Program-made: the position numbers and the translations under genes
Shown: one piece after another, positions 10,025 to 18,342 of the stretch
How positions within the stretch are numbered: position 1 is the stretch's first letter
How the letters are laid out: each line of letters opens with the position of its first letter
Notes under the pieces: model-generated
Told to the model about the DNA's origin: nothing
What the model saw: the letters and a program-made list of their open reading frames with translations, nothing else
Databases searched by the model: none
Assembly (NCBI GenBank): GCA_963707865.1
Contig: OY970175.1
Span: forward strand, 489,493 to 553,492
Length of the DNA stretch: 64,000 nucleotides
Source: an uncultured bacterium
GTDB lineage: Bacteria; Patescibacteriota; Minisyncoccia; UBA6257; 2-01-FULL-56-20
Reading direction: 5' to 3'

Positions 10025-10347
10025 CCTTCGTTTTGCCTGCTTATCTCCACCAGGATTGCGCTTAGTCTTTCATAATGCTTTAGATCTTTTAGGCATTTCA
10101 GGTCAAAAGCCAAGCGGACCAGCAATTTTAATTTTTCCAGTTTTATCCACAATTCCTCCAGATACTTTCTCTTTTCGCAATGATTGTTCGCGATCATGAT
10201 GAGGGAAGGAATTTCATGGCTAATCTGGCGGATCTCCGTTCCGATCGTGTATCGGTAATCCCGGGAAAAACTTCTTGCCTGCAATTCAATTTCAAGGCAT
10301 AGATCGTATGCTTTCTTGAATATCGGCAAATGATCGTAGCGCGCCAT
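10000..10347 (-). CDS. avd: Avd (accessory variability determinant)-like four-helix-bundle protein
   Basis: A 115-aa basic helical protein (IFKKAYDLCLEIELQARSFSRDYRYTIGTEIRQIS...). It sits between the target gene and the RT and overlaps the RT start by 25 nt. Confidence 0.7.
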   Translation of the reverse strand: MARYDHLPIFKKAYDLCLEIELQARSFSRDYRYTIGTEIRQISHEIPSLIMIANNHCEKRKYLEELWIKLEKLKLLVRLAFDLKCLKDLKHYERLSAILVEISRQNEGWLKSVKQ

Positions 10348-10419
10348 CGTATGATTTTAAAAATTATCAAAGCCTCCGCCCAGCCCAAAAACGGCGGGAC
10401 GGAAATAATAAAATAATCA

Positions 10420-10575
10420 ATCTGGCTGAAGGGCTAGCGCGCGCAACGGAAGGAGTAGCTATACCCGGCGCCGTAGTTGGCGCCGACGGGGCCGTAGGTG
10501 GCGTAATTACAGCCACCACCGCCGAATATCGCCGCTACAACGGCGCTGTTGCCGTTGTACATGGGAAGGGCAGTA
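10420..10575 (-). repeat. DGR variable repeat (VR) at 3-prime end of target gene
   Basis: Reverse complement matches TR 8697-8851. VR carries G, C or T at every TR adenine that differs. Homology extends ~14 nt past the stop codon (cccttcagccag). Confidence 0.85.
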
Positions 10576-11174
10576 TTGCTCGCCCATTCGTTGTTCGTCG
10601 TCATCGTGGATAAACCCCACGTACTTGAGTTGTTGCAGGAAAGTTGCCACTCGAACGGTTCCGGCAGGCGCATATTGTTCTGAAGGCAAATCTGCTTTGC
10701 CTGCGTCCAATATTGGGCGGAACGCTCGCCCGCTTCAATAATGAAACCGACATTGCCGACCGAACAATTGCCGCTGCCGGTGGCCACGCCCGCGCTGCGT
10801 TTGTCGTAGTTCGTCATACCGCCATTGAAACAGACCTCGGTATACGCTGCGGGCGGATTCATCGCCACGATCGCGTTGTTATATATACCGTTGTTGGCGC
10901 TCATTGAATTCGTCGTTGTGCTGATACTGGACAACGCCGCGTTGAGGGTCGACGTGCTGATGCCGGCGTTGAGAACGGCGTTATCAACATACGCCTTCGT
11001 TGCCGCATCGCTCGCCGCCGTAGTCGTCGTGAGCCCCGTGATGCGGCCGGGAATCGTAATCACGCCGCTCACAGAAGCGTTCACCTCGTTCAGGCGGCTG
11101 TAAAGGTAAAGCGCTGCCACGAATGCGACCATCGCGAACGTTACCACGATAAAAACCTTGTACTTCGTTTCCAT
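10434..11174 (-). CDS. DGR target protein, membrane-anchored, C-type-lectin/DUF1566-like fold with C-terminal variable region
   Basis: N-terminal TM helix. The C-terminus ...QICLQNNMRLPEPFEWQLSCNNSSTWGLSTMTTNNEWASNTALPMYNGNSAVVAAIFGGGGCNYATYGPVGANYGAGYSYSFRCAR shows the typical FRCAR end of DGR VRs. Confidence 0.85.
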   Translation of the reverse strand: METKYKVFIVVTFAMVAFVAALYLYSRLNEVNASVSGVITIPGRITGLTTTTAASDAATKAYVDNAVLNAGISTSTLNAALSSISTTTNSMSANNGIYNNAIVAMNPPAAYTEVCFNGGMTNYDKRSAGVATGSGNCSVGNVGFIIEAGERSAQYWTQAKQICLQNNMRLPEPFEWQLSCNNSSTWGLSTMTTNNEWASNTALPMYNGNSAVVAAIFGGGGCNYATYGPVGANYGAGYSYSFRCAR

Positions 11175-11252
11175 TGTTGTGCAGTATTCGTTCTCCTTTA
11201 GTATAGCATCCCCGGAAAGGAGTCCCCTGTGGATATCCGCGGCGAGGTTAGG

Positions 11253-12557
11253 TCAGGCGCTTTCATCAAGAAGCCATTTCCATAACGGTTTGAACGTTAT
11301 GATCTTCCCGTCCTTTTTTACTTCCCGTTCGTCATCCCAAGTCAGCACCGTGAGTTTCCTTGCTTTTAATTCGTTGCTTGCCTCCGTGAGCGCCCGTACC
11401 TCTCGTTCTCCGGCATCTGTATCTTTGGCTTCAAAGCAAACCTGAATCAACTCCGCTATTTCCGTCCCTTTTTTTACGACAAAATCCACCTCGTGATCAT
11501 TGCGGCTTTTATAGTAGAAAAGCTCCTGATTCGGTTTCATCCCGCGCTTCGCGAGCTCCATGAAAACAAGATTTTCCATAAGCTTGCCTTTATCCGGCGA
11601 ATGTTGAATCGCTTTCGCGCTTACGAATCCGTTGTCAACGACATACGCTTTCTTGGGCGACTTTATGCGCTGAACCGACTTTGCGGAGTAGCGGAACAAG
11701 GAGAATATCAAATAGGCTTCTTCCAGATATTTCGTGTACTTTTCCGTCGTCGCTACACTTTTGAGGCCGAGAATCTCCTGCAATTTGCGGAGGCTGTACG
11801 GGTTAGCAAAATTATTCACCAAATGCGATCCCAGGCTGCTTATTTGTGCCGAAAACTTGACCCTGTGCCGCCTTACCACATCCTTGAAAAGCAACGAATC
11901 ATACAGGACTTCCAGATAATCTTTTGGGTCAAGTTTTTCCACTGTCACCTCAGGGAATCCGCCGTTCAGCAAGTACTCTTCTACCAGCCGCAAAAGCTCT
12001 CCGCGCTTTTGAGGCAAGGAGCCATATTCAGAATCAACGGCGAAATTTTTCGCGCGGAGGAATTCGCCAAAATCGAACGGCAATATTTCTATGGGAATAT
12101 GCCTGCCGGTAAGATGCGTGGCAAGTTCCCGCGAAAGCAGATGGGCATTGGATCCGGTAAGCATCAGGTTGTATCCCTCTCGGTGTAAGCGATTGGCGAA
12201 CAGTTCCCAGTTGGGCAGATTCTGAATTTCATCAAAGAGAATAGTTTTTATGTTGCCGTAGGCGGCGTGCAATTTTTTCATGAGATCGTCGGTCGCTATG
12301 CCGCCGGCGGCAGCCAAAACCTCATCGTCAAAATTGAAGTACATAAAAGGCCGCTCTTTCAAAAGCATGAGTGAAAAAACAGATTTGCCTGCACGCCTCG
12401 GCCCTAAAACGACTTTTATCAACCGCGAATCCAGCCACTTCTTGCCGAAACTTTCCTTTGTTCTTGCCACATACCGCAAGCGCAGAAGCTGCTCCTTTTC
12501 CAGCTTTTGCTTTAAAACTATGTCATCAAGCATAATTTTTGTAGTGGTCAAAAACAC
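11253..12557 (-). CDS. AAA-family ATPase with DUF4143 C-terminal domain
   Basis: Walker A VLGPRRAGKS and Walker B ILFDEIQ. Architecture matches the archaeal-ATPase/DUF4143 family. Confidence 0.7.
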   Translation of the reverse strand: MFLTTTKIMLDDIVLKQKLEKEQLLRLRYVARTKESFGKKWLDSRLIKVVLGPRRAGKSVFSLMLLKERPFMYFNFDDEVLAAAGGIATDDLMKKLHAAYGNIKTILFDEIQNLPNWELFANRLHREGYNLMLTGSNAHLLSRELATHLTGRHIPIEILPFDFGEFLRAKNFAVDSEYGSLPQKRGELLRLVEEYLLNGGFPEVTVEKLDPKDYLEVLYDSLLFKDVVRRHRVKFSAQISSLGSHLVNNFANPYSLRKLQEILGLKSVATTEKYTKYLEEAYLIFSLFRYSAKSVQRIKSPKKAYVVDNGFVSAKAIQHSPDKGKLMENLVFMELAKRGMKPNQELFYYKSRNDHEVDFVVKKGTEIAELIQVCFEAKDTDAGEREVRALTEASNELKARKLTVLTWDDEREVKKDGKIITFKPLWKWLLDESA

Positions 12558-12575
12558 GTTATTTTGACCACTACA
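12541..12575 (+). promoter_or_regulatory. Perfect 13-bp inverted repeat (gtagtggtcaaaa / ttttgaccactac) at the start of the ATPase gene, putative operator
   Basis: Read directly from the sequence. A further tggtcaaaa copy follows. Confidence 0.3.
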
Positions 12576-12637
12576 GTTAGTATACTGGTCAAAATACAGA
12601 ATGCAAGCTGGAACTTAAACCTACCCGACCCCCTCAA

Positions 12638-12916
12638 TTAGGACCCCTTGGCTTTCAGATAATTTTCCACCTCATAAATATCCCGAATCGGCGCATCAAT
12701 TTTTTTATGCGCCGCGATTGCTTCCACTTGGCGGATATTGAGTGCATTGCCCTCAATCTTCGTAGAGGCGTGCGTCATGCGGATTAAGGCCTGTGTGCGC
12801 AAACGAAGTTCCTGTTTCGGCAATAACCGGGCGCGTGCAATAACCGCTTTCGCCTCAGCGATTGCGGTGAGCATTGTGACGATTTTGTTGCTCAACTTGT
12901 ACCGCGGATGGAACAT
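12638..12916 (-). CDS. Fic N-terminal domain fragment (Fic_N only)
   Basis: MFHPRYKLSNKIVTMLTAIAEAKAVI...STKIEGNALNIRQVEAI... is Fic_N-like. It lacks the HPFx[DE]GNGR core. It lies divergent to an intact fic gene. Confidence 0.55.
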   Translation of the reverse strand: MFHPRYKLSNKIVTMLTAIAEAKAVIARARLLPKQELRLRTQALIRMTHASTKIEGNALNIRQVEAIAAHKKIDAPIRDIYEVENYLKAKGS

Positions 12917-12984
12917 ACGCTCATTATATCGCTCAGTGCATAATCGCGCAAGAATCGCGCAAACGTTCGAGGACGGTAACTTTA

Positions 12985-13023
12985 TAAAGTTCGCCCGCTT
13001 TGCACAACTTTATAAAGTTTGGT
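12985..13023 (+). promoter_or_regulatory. Two copies of the 14-bp palindrome aactttataaagtt separated by 12 bp, putative operator
   Basis: Self-complementary 14-mers at 12985-12998 and 13011-13024, in the divergent region between the Fic_N fragment and fic, overlapping the fic start. Confidence 0.35.
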
Positions 13024-13686
13024 AATATAAATTATGCTCATGAATATGCGTCAAAAACTGGAAATTATTCAAAAAATGCTGGCATTGAAGGCAGCACGCT
13101 CACCGAACCGGATACGGCAGCGATTCTTTTTGACAATGCCGCACTGCCCAACAAAAGCTTAACCGAGCAATTGGAGGCGAAAAATCATCAAACAGCCCTG
13201 AATTACCTCTTTGATCATATTGCAAAGAAAGAAAAGGTTGACGAGGGACTTGTGCGCAAGCTCCATAGCATTCTCATGAATGGCGTCCGGCCGGACGCCG
13301 GCAGGTACCGCACCCACGCCGTAAGAATTACCGGAGTTAATTTGCCGACCGCCAATTACGCGAGCGTCCCTAAATTAATGACAGAGGTAATGAGCAAGAT
13401 TACTGAAAAAGAAGATGTCATTGCATTGTCCGCCGACGTTCACGGCGAATTTGAGCAGATTCACCCATTTTCCGATGGCAACGGACGTATCGGCCGCCTC
13501 CTTATAAACGCAATGTTACTTCAAACGAATCTCGCCCCTGCAATAATCCGTGAGGGACAAAAACGGCTTTATTACGCATATCTTTATAAGGCACAGACCA
13601 AAAACGACTACAGCCAATTGGAAAACTTTCTCTGTGAGGCGATCGCGGATGGATTCAAAATTCTGGAGCGTGCGAATGTGACGTAA
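13000..13686 (+). CDS. Fic/Doc family protein (AMPylase-type)
   Basis: Fic core motif HPFSDGNGRIGRLL. An upstream IEG-containing N-terminal region is also present. Confidence 0.8.
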   Translation: MHNFIKFGNINYAHEYASKTGNYSKNAGIEGSTLTEPDTAAILFDNAALPNKSLTEQLEAKNHQTALNYLFDHIAKKEKVDEGLVRKLHSILMNGVRPDAGRYRTHAVRITGVNLPTANYASVPKLMTEVMSKITEKEDVIALSADVHGEFEQIHPFSDGNGRIGRLLINAMLLQTNLAPAIIREGQKRLYYAYLYKAQTKNDYSQLENFLCEAIADGFKILERANVT

Positions 13687-13711
13687 TGTAGCGGCCCTTA
13701 GCTCACGTTGG

Positions 13712-14377
13712 CTATGGTGCCGCGGGCTCCGTTGCGGACCCTGCTATGAGGTCCACCTTCCCCTTGAAATCGCCGGCGCTTGCAAGACCGAACCACGTGC
13801 TGTCAATACTCCCCGCCGGGTTATTCCCTAAAACAAGATAGGCGTCGGCCGGAATGACGCCGCCCTGATCACCCACGTAGAGCGCAAGCATCCGGCGCGC
13901 GGCATCCGACACGAGATAGGTTTCCCCTTGCGCGTTCGCAAGCGGCGCGCCGTTCACGAGGATGTGCCACCTTGAACCGCTCTTTTGGAACGCGAGCATA
14001 TCCCCCGGCACTCCCATCACACTTTTTACAAGATCCTCCGCCCCGCCGTAATCGTAATCAACGATGTCCCCGCGCGCCACCGCGTGGCAGGCGTAATAAT
14101 TCTCCAAAACCGTGATATGCTCCCCGTCAGAGAGAATCCCCTCCATGGAAGTCCCGCGCACCGTCATAGTTTCCTCCCGCACCGCGCAATCCGCGGTTTG
14201 CGGAATCATCGCGGCGGCCGATGCCGCACTCGCCGCCGCGGCCGAAAACAGCGCGTCTCTGCCGTTTTGAAGCACGAATGAATTTCTGAAAACAACCAAG
14301 GCAACGAGCGCGAACGCCGCGCCCACCGCGATGCCGAGCGCGCTGCATTTCGTTGCTGATTTAAAAAATCCGCGCAT
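13712..14377 (-). CDS. Signal peptidase I (S26 family)
   Basis: GTSMEGIL (GTSMxPTL box) and an N-terminal TM helix. Last gene of the pilin/GT2 cluster. Confidence 0.65.
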   Translation of the reverse strand: MRGFFKSATKCSALGIAVGAAFALVALVVFRNSFVLQNGRDALFSAAAASAASAAAMIPQTADCAVREETMTVRGTSMEGILSDGEHITVLENYYACHAVARGDIVDYDYGGAEDLVKSVMGVPGDMLAFQKSGSRWHILVNGAPLANAQGETYLVSDAARRMLALYVGDQGGVIPADAYLVLGNNPAGSIDSTWFGLASAGDFKGKVDLIAGSATEPAAP

Positions 14378-14403
14378 GAAAAATCTGCCGCATGAGCCGA
14401 GCG

Positions 14404-15861
14404 CTACGGCTTCACGGGAACCGAGATTCCCGGCGTAATCGCATCATCGGAAGTGTTGGGCCATTGCTGTGAATCAAACCGCGGCGCGGTCAGGCGGTAG
14501 CTCACTTCAAGCGAACCCGGAGCCGAAGCCAGCGACGAAGCCGACGAACCGGGAACGGCGTATACGGTCAGGCGGTCGTTCACGGCATCCTTCTCGTACC
14601 AAGCGTTGCCGTCAAACGCCGGCGTGAGGAGCACCGACAAATTGCTCAATCCTTGGCCGAAATCCGTCACCTGCGAGAAGAGCCAGAGGTCGGAGCCCTT
14701 TTTCAGGTTGCCGAAATCAATCACCGCCTTCCACGTGCCATTTGCCGCTGTACCATCTGCCGCTGTGCCGTTTGCCGCCGGTTGCAGCTGAAGCACACCC
14801 GTCGTTTCTTCTTTCTCCCCCGTCATCCCCGCGCCGTAGGTCGCATATTTCTCCCCGCTGATGCTGTAGATCGGATCGTAGGTGCCCGCGGTGATCTTGC
14901 CCGCGCCGCCGCCGACGACCACCGTGTCGGCCGCGGCGGTGCCGAAGCGCGCCGTTGTGGCGCCGGCGCTTGCAACGTCAAGCTTATACGACGGCGGAGT
15001 CGTCGTCCCTATGCCAATGCCGACATTGCCACCGCTTTGAATAAATAAATTGACAGTGCCTCCCTCGGTGAACTCAATGCCATTTCCTGCTGCAGTGCCA
15101 AGTCGTGTATTATCGTCAGTGAATTTTCCAAGCATATTGCGGATAGTTCCTTCAACGTCATACCCTTGAATATATTGGCCATTATCCAAAAGAATCCCGC
15201 CGCCACTTACTTGCAATTTCGCCGCAGGCGCCGTCGTCCCGATGCCGACGTTCGTGCTGCCGTTCACAAAATTAATGATGCCGTTCAGGGATGTCCACAT
15301 GTTGGTCTGGTTTCCCAGGGTGAAATTCTCCGCCGTGGAAGAAGGGTAAACGCTTGAGTCAAAGGTCGCCGCGGAAACCCTCGCCACGGATGTCTGGAAC
15401 AGCTCTGAAAACGCCTGGAGGGGATTTGACGGGTTATAGGTCATCGTGAACGCGACGCTCACCGTATCGTGCGCCGGAGGGTTTGACCGCTTCGTAAACG
15501 ATAGATTGGTGACTGCCACTTTTGGGGAAGTGAGCGCCTGCAGCGCGCCGCTCCCCTGTTGGAGGTACACCGTGCCGCTCGCGCTCACGGTAAAGTACGT
15601 GGGGTCGGACGAACTGGCCGCCATCCGCAATTCCAACGTCGTAGAGGACGTGTCCGGCGACATCTGAATCAAACTGGACTGCTGAACTTGAAACTGGATT
15701 TGCTGCAGGAGAAACTGGCTTTGCGCCTGCACTTCCGCGGCTGCGGTCTGGCTCGTCTGCACCCGCGTTATGGTAACGAATGTGCCCACGGCAACCACCA
15801 TGACCGCGGCAAAAATCGCCGCGTACAGCAAAAGCTCAACTATCGTAAAGGCCCTGTTCAT
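14404..15861 (-). CDS. Type IV pilin-like protein with large C-terminal domain
   Basis: Prepilin N-terminus MNRAFTIVELLLYAAIFAAVMVV (class III signal/N-methylation motif). 485 aa. Confidence 0.7.
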   Translation of the reverse strand: MNRAFTIVELLLYAAIFAAVMVVAVGTFVTITRVQTSQTAAAEVQAQSQFLLQQIQFQVQQSSLIQMSPDTSSTTLELRMAASSSDPTYFTVSASGTVYLQQGSGALQALTSPKVAVTNLSFTKRSNPPAHDTVSVAFTMTYNPSNPLQAFSELFQTSVARVSAATFDSSVYPSSTAENFTLGNQTNMWTSLNGIINFVNGSTNVGIGTTAPAAKLQVSGGGILLDNGQYIQGYDVEGTIRNMLGKFTDDNTRLGTAAGNGIEFTEGGTVNLFIQSGGNVGIGIGTTTPPSYKLDVASAGATTARFGTAAADTVVVGGGAGKITAGTYDPIYSISGEKYATYGAGMTGEKEETTGVLQLQPAANGTAADGTAANGTWKAVIDFGNLKKGSDLWLFSQVTDFGQGLSNLSVLLTPAFDGNAWYEKDAVNDRLTVYAVPGSSASSLASAPGSLEVSYRLTAPRFDSQQWPNTSDDAITPGISVPVKP

Positions 15862-15916
15862 CTCTTGCTCTTATTGTACCACCCGGCGCCCTTTTTGCCT
15901 GTGGACAAGCTTCTCC

Positions 15917-17416
15917 CTACCCTCGCCGTCCTTTGGGCGTTACCCAGAAGCCCAAACGCCACCGCCCGCCGAGCATGAGCCGCGTTTGCGCCTCCAGCCC
16001 GGGAAAGGCGCCGAAAATAATCAGCGTGAGCGGCATAAGCGCCCACTGGAGAAGATACACGAGGTAATCGTGCCATCGGAGGCCGCCGGACGACTTCGGC
16101 GGCAGAAGGAGAATGGCGAGGATCGCGGAACTCGCGATACCGATCATGGAAAGCGAGACGATGAACCGCGTGATCCGTGGCAGGTTATAGGAAAGCAGCG
16201 TGTAGTTGAAGTGAGCACCGCCGAGGAAAAGCGGCAGCCAGCCCAGAGCGAAAATCATAAGCGAGTTCGTGGCCCATGAATGAAACCCTTCAATCACATT
16301 GAACGTCCAGTAACGTTTTTTCGCGGGCGGAATCGCAGGATCGCGGCGGAATCCCGTGAGCATATAAGGAATGTTCTCGCAGCCCCATCCCCACCGCCGC
16401 TGCTGGCGGTAGAGATTTTTCATCGTGGCCCAAAGGGTCGGCGCCACGTTCGCGTCCATAGAAATCGGATACAAAAGCGGCTCCACGCGGAAATCGCCGT
16501 GATAGTGGAGGTAACCCTGCCAGAAAATCCGCGAATCCTCGGACACGATGTCTTTCTGCCAGAAACCGATGTCCAAAAGCACCCGGAACGGAATGGATTG
16601 CGAAGAAAATGACGTCAGGCGCTCCGGCCGTGATTGTTGCATCATCTGCCAGAAGGTCGTGGAGAACGCGACGACGCGGGCAAGTGCCGGCGCCTCGTGG
16701 ATATTGTTCGTGAAAAGCGGGATCGGCTGGTAAATGGCGCGCAGGCGATTTCCGGCGTTCAAAAACACATAGGTGAGCCGGCCGAAATATTCCGGGAAGA
16801 CCTGCGTGTCCACGTCAAATACCGACACGAGGACATTTTCATACCGCAATTTCAACGGATCAATGAGCGCTTCTTTTGCGCGGAGCGCCGCCCACGTTTC
16901 GTTGGAGCCCTTGCCGGGAATCTCGCCCGGAAGGTCCGCCGGATGCACCGTGAGAAGGAAGCGGAAGAACCGCGCGCCGAATTCTTCTTTGATCCGCTCC
17001 CCCACCGCCCGCGCCGCCTCTCCGCCGCGCGCCTCCACTGCGAGCACGACCAATAATTTTTCTTTCGGATAATGCGCTTCCGCGAGCCGCGCGAAGCTTT
17101 CGCGCACCACCTCATACGGCTCGTGGTACATCGGGAAGACGACTACATGATACACGTCTTCCCATGAAATATCCTTCGTAACATCCTTTCCCGCCTCGGA
17201 AAGCTTCTCGCGCCAATTGACATCCATATTACGCTTCATCGCGGAAAACGACGCGCGGAGATGGAGCGACAGATACACGGTCTTCAAAAGCCAATAGATA
17301 TCAAAGAGGATGATGAAAACGGAAACCCACACGGGCAGGAACCGCGAAAGCAAAACCATAAGGACGATCGTTGCCCACGCAAGACCGCCGGGAAGGATCT
17401 CAAAAAACCGTTTCAC
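15917..17416 (-). CDS. Processive family-2 glycosyltransferase (cellulose-synthase-like, multi-TM)
   Basis: GT2 core with a QRRRW (QxxRW) motif. N- and C-terminal TM helices. Confidence 0.7.
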   Translation of the reverse strand: MKRFFEILPGGLAWATIVLMVLLSRFLPVWVSVFIILFDIYWLLKTVYLSLHLRASFSAMKRNMDVNWREKLSEAGKDVTKDISWEDVYHVVVFPMYHEPYEVVRESFARLAEAHYPKEKLLVVLAVEARGGEAARAVGERIKEEFGARFFRFLLTVHPADLPGEIPGKGSNETWAALRAKEALIDPLKLRYENVLVSVFDVDTQVFPEYFGRLTYVFLNAGNRLRAIYQPIPLFTNNIHEAPALARVVAFSTTFWQMMQQSRPERLTSFSSQSIPFRVLLDIGFWQKDIVSEDSRIFWQGYLHYHGDFRVEPLLYPISMDANVAPTLWATMKNLYRQQRRWGWGCENIPYMLTGFRRDPAIPPAKKRYWTFNVIEGFHSWATNSLMIFALGWLPLFLGGAHFNYTLLSYNLPRITRFIVSLSMIGIASSAILAILLLPPKSSGGLRWHDYLVYLLQWALMPLTLIIFGAFPGLEAQTRLMLGGRWRLGFWVTPKGRRG

Positions 17417-17820
17417 AATCCAAAGAGGAATAACCGGTCCAACGAATAGGCCCCTGCGCCGTTCAGAGCAAGCATAAGAAGGGCAGCGAGGATGAGAAGG
17501 TCAAATTCCCATCCACCCACAAAGGGCTGCTTCTTCGCAAGCTTCCAAACGACGATCGTCACGAACTGAAGCGCAAGCAGGGCAGCGATAGTAGGGGTGA
17601 AAATCCCGAGGAGCAGTCCGATGCCGCCGCCCACAAATTCAAGGAGTGCGACGATCGTCCCCCAGAAAAATCCCGGTCTGAACCCCATCCCATCAAACGC
17701 CGTGGCCGTCTGTTTCAAATTTCTTATTTTTTGTGAACCGTGGACGAGGAAAATGAGCGCGAGCGCGATGCGCAGCGCAAGGATCCCCATGCCACCGTAA
17801 AAGAAATAAATGGAAAGCAT
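17413..17820 (-). CDS. DoxX family membrane protein
   Basis: DoxX-like 4-TM profile (LALIFLVHGSQKI...). Overlaps the GT2 start (ATGA). Confidence 0.6.
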   Translation of the reverse strand: MLSIYFFYGGMGILALRIALALIFLVHGSQKIRNLKQTATAFDGMGFRPGFFWGTIVALLEFVGGGIGLLLGIFTPTIAALLALQFVTIVVWKLAKKQPFVGGWEFDLLILAALLMLALNGAGAYSLDRLFLFGL

Positions 17821-17888
17821 AATAGCAGTACAAAAGCGAACCGACCTTTCAAAATGTGTAACTCTATTATATTATAGCAAGCGTAGTA

Positions 17889-18030
17889 GCAAACAGCCCA
17901 GCAATACTTTTGCACCTGCAACCGCTGCAAAAGTATTGCGGAGGGCGGCACCCCGTGTCGGAAGGAGGTCGCGAAGCGACCGAGTGGGGAAACCGAGGGT
18001 TTTCCCAGACCGGGGGTCGGGGTGCCGCGG
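17889..18030 (+). other. Cluster of GC-rich stem-loops upstream of tRNA-Glu
   Basis: A 14-bp perfect hairpin gcaatacttttgca/tgcaaaagtattgc, then ggtcgcgaagcgacc, then ggggaaaccgagggttttccc. Similar hairpins recur at 18190-18320. Confidence 0.4.
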
Positions 18031-18102
18031 GGCCTCATCGTCTAATGGCTAGGACGACGCCCTTTCACGGCGTAAATCCGGGTTCGATTCCCGGTGGGGC
18101 TA
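18031..18102 (+). tRNA. tRNA-Glu (anticodon TTC)
   Basis: Hand-folded. Acceptor GGCCTCA/TGGGGCT (two G-U pairs), D-stem GTCT/GGAC, anticodon stem ACGCC/GGCGT, loop CTTTCAC, T-arm CCGGG-TTCGATT-CCCGG, discriminator A. Confidence 0.65.
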
Positions 18103-18106
18103 CGGC

Positions 18107-18169
18107 AAAACAAAAAGGGTTTGGAAAGAGTACTCAGAAGGGCTCTTTCCAAACCCTTTTTGTTTTGCT
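18107..18169 (+). terminator. Long perfect hairpin (25-bp stem) directly after tRNA-Glu, bidirectional terminator-like
   Basis: The arm caaaacaaaaagggtttggaaagag has an exact reverse complement ctctttccaaaccctttttgttttg, with a ~12-nt loop. Confidence 0.5.
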
Positions 18170-18318
18170 TGTGATCTCATCTGGGAATCGAACGAGGAAA
18201 GGGGTCGGGGAAACCTTAGGTTTCCCCGTGGAGGAGGGTCGCGCGTTGCGCGCGACAGTTCGGCACCGTGGGTGCCGAAAGCGCAGGGCAGCGAAGCTGC
18301 CCGAGCAGCGAGATTCCC

Positions 18319-18342
18319 CGGTGGGGCTACGAAAGTTTTGCA
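18319..18342 (+). repeat. Direct-repeat copy of the tRNA-Glu 3-prime end (att-like duplication)
   Basis: gagattccccggtggggctacga versus the tRNA 3-prime end cgattcccggtggggctacgg at 18085-18106. Confidence 0.5.

Noticed and set aside
18180-18340. A possible RNase P RNA or SRP RNA in the GC-rich hairpin cluster after tRNA-Glu. The sequence gaggaaaggggtcgggg superficially resembles the RNase P GAGGAAAGUCCGGGC.
   Set aside because: No other universally conserved RNase P or SRP motifs (GGGUAACGCC, AAGGGUGAAA, GGAAGCAGCC) were found nearby. The region also carries a duplicated tRNA 3-prime end, which fits an insertion remnant better.
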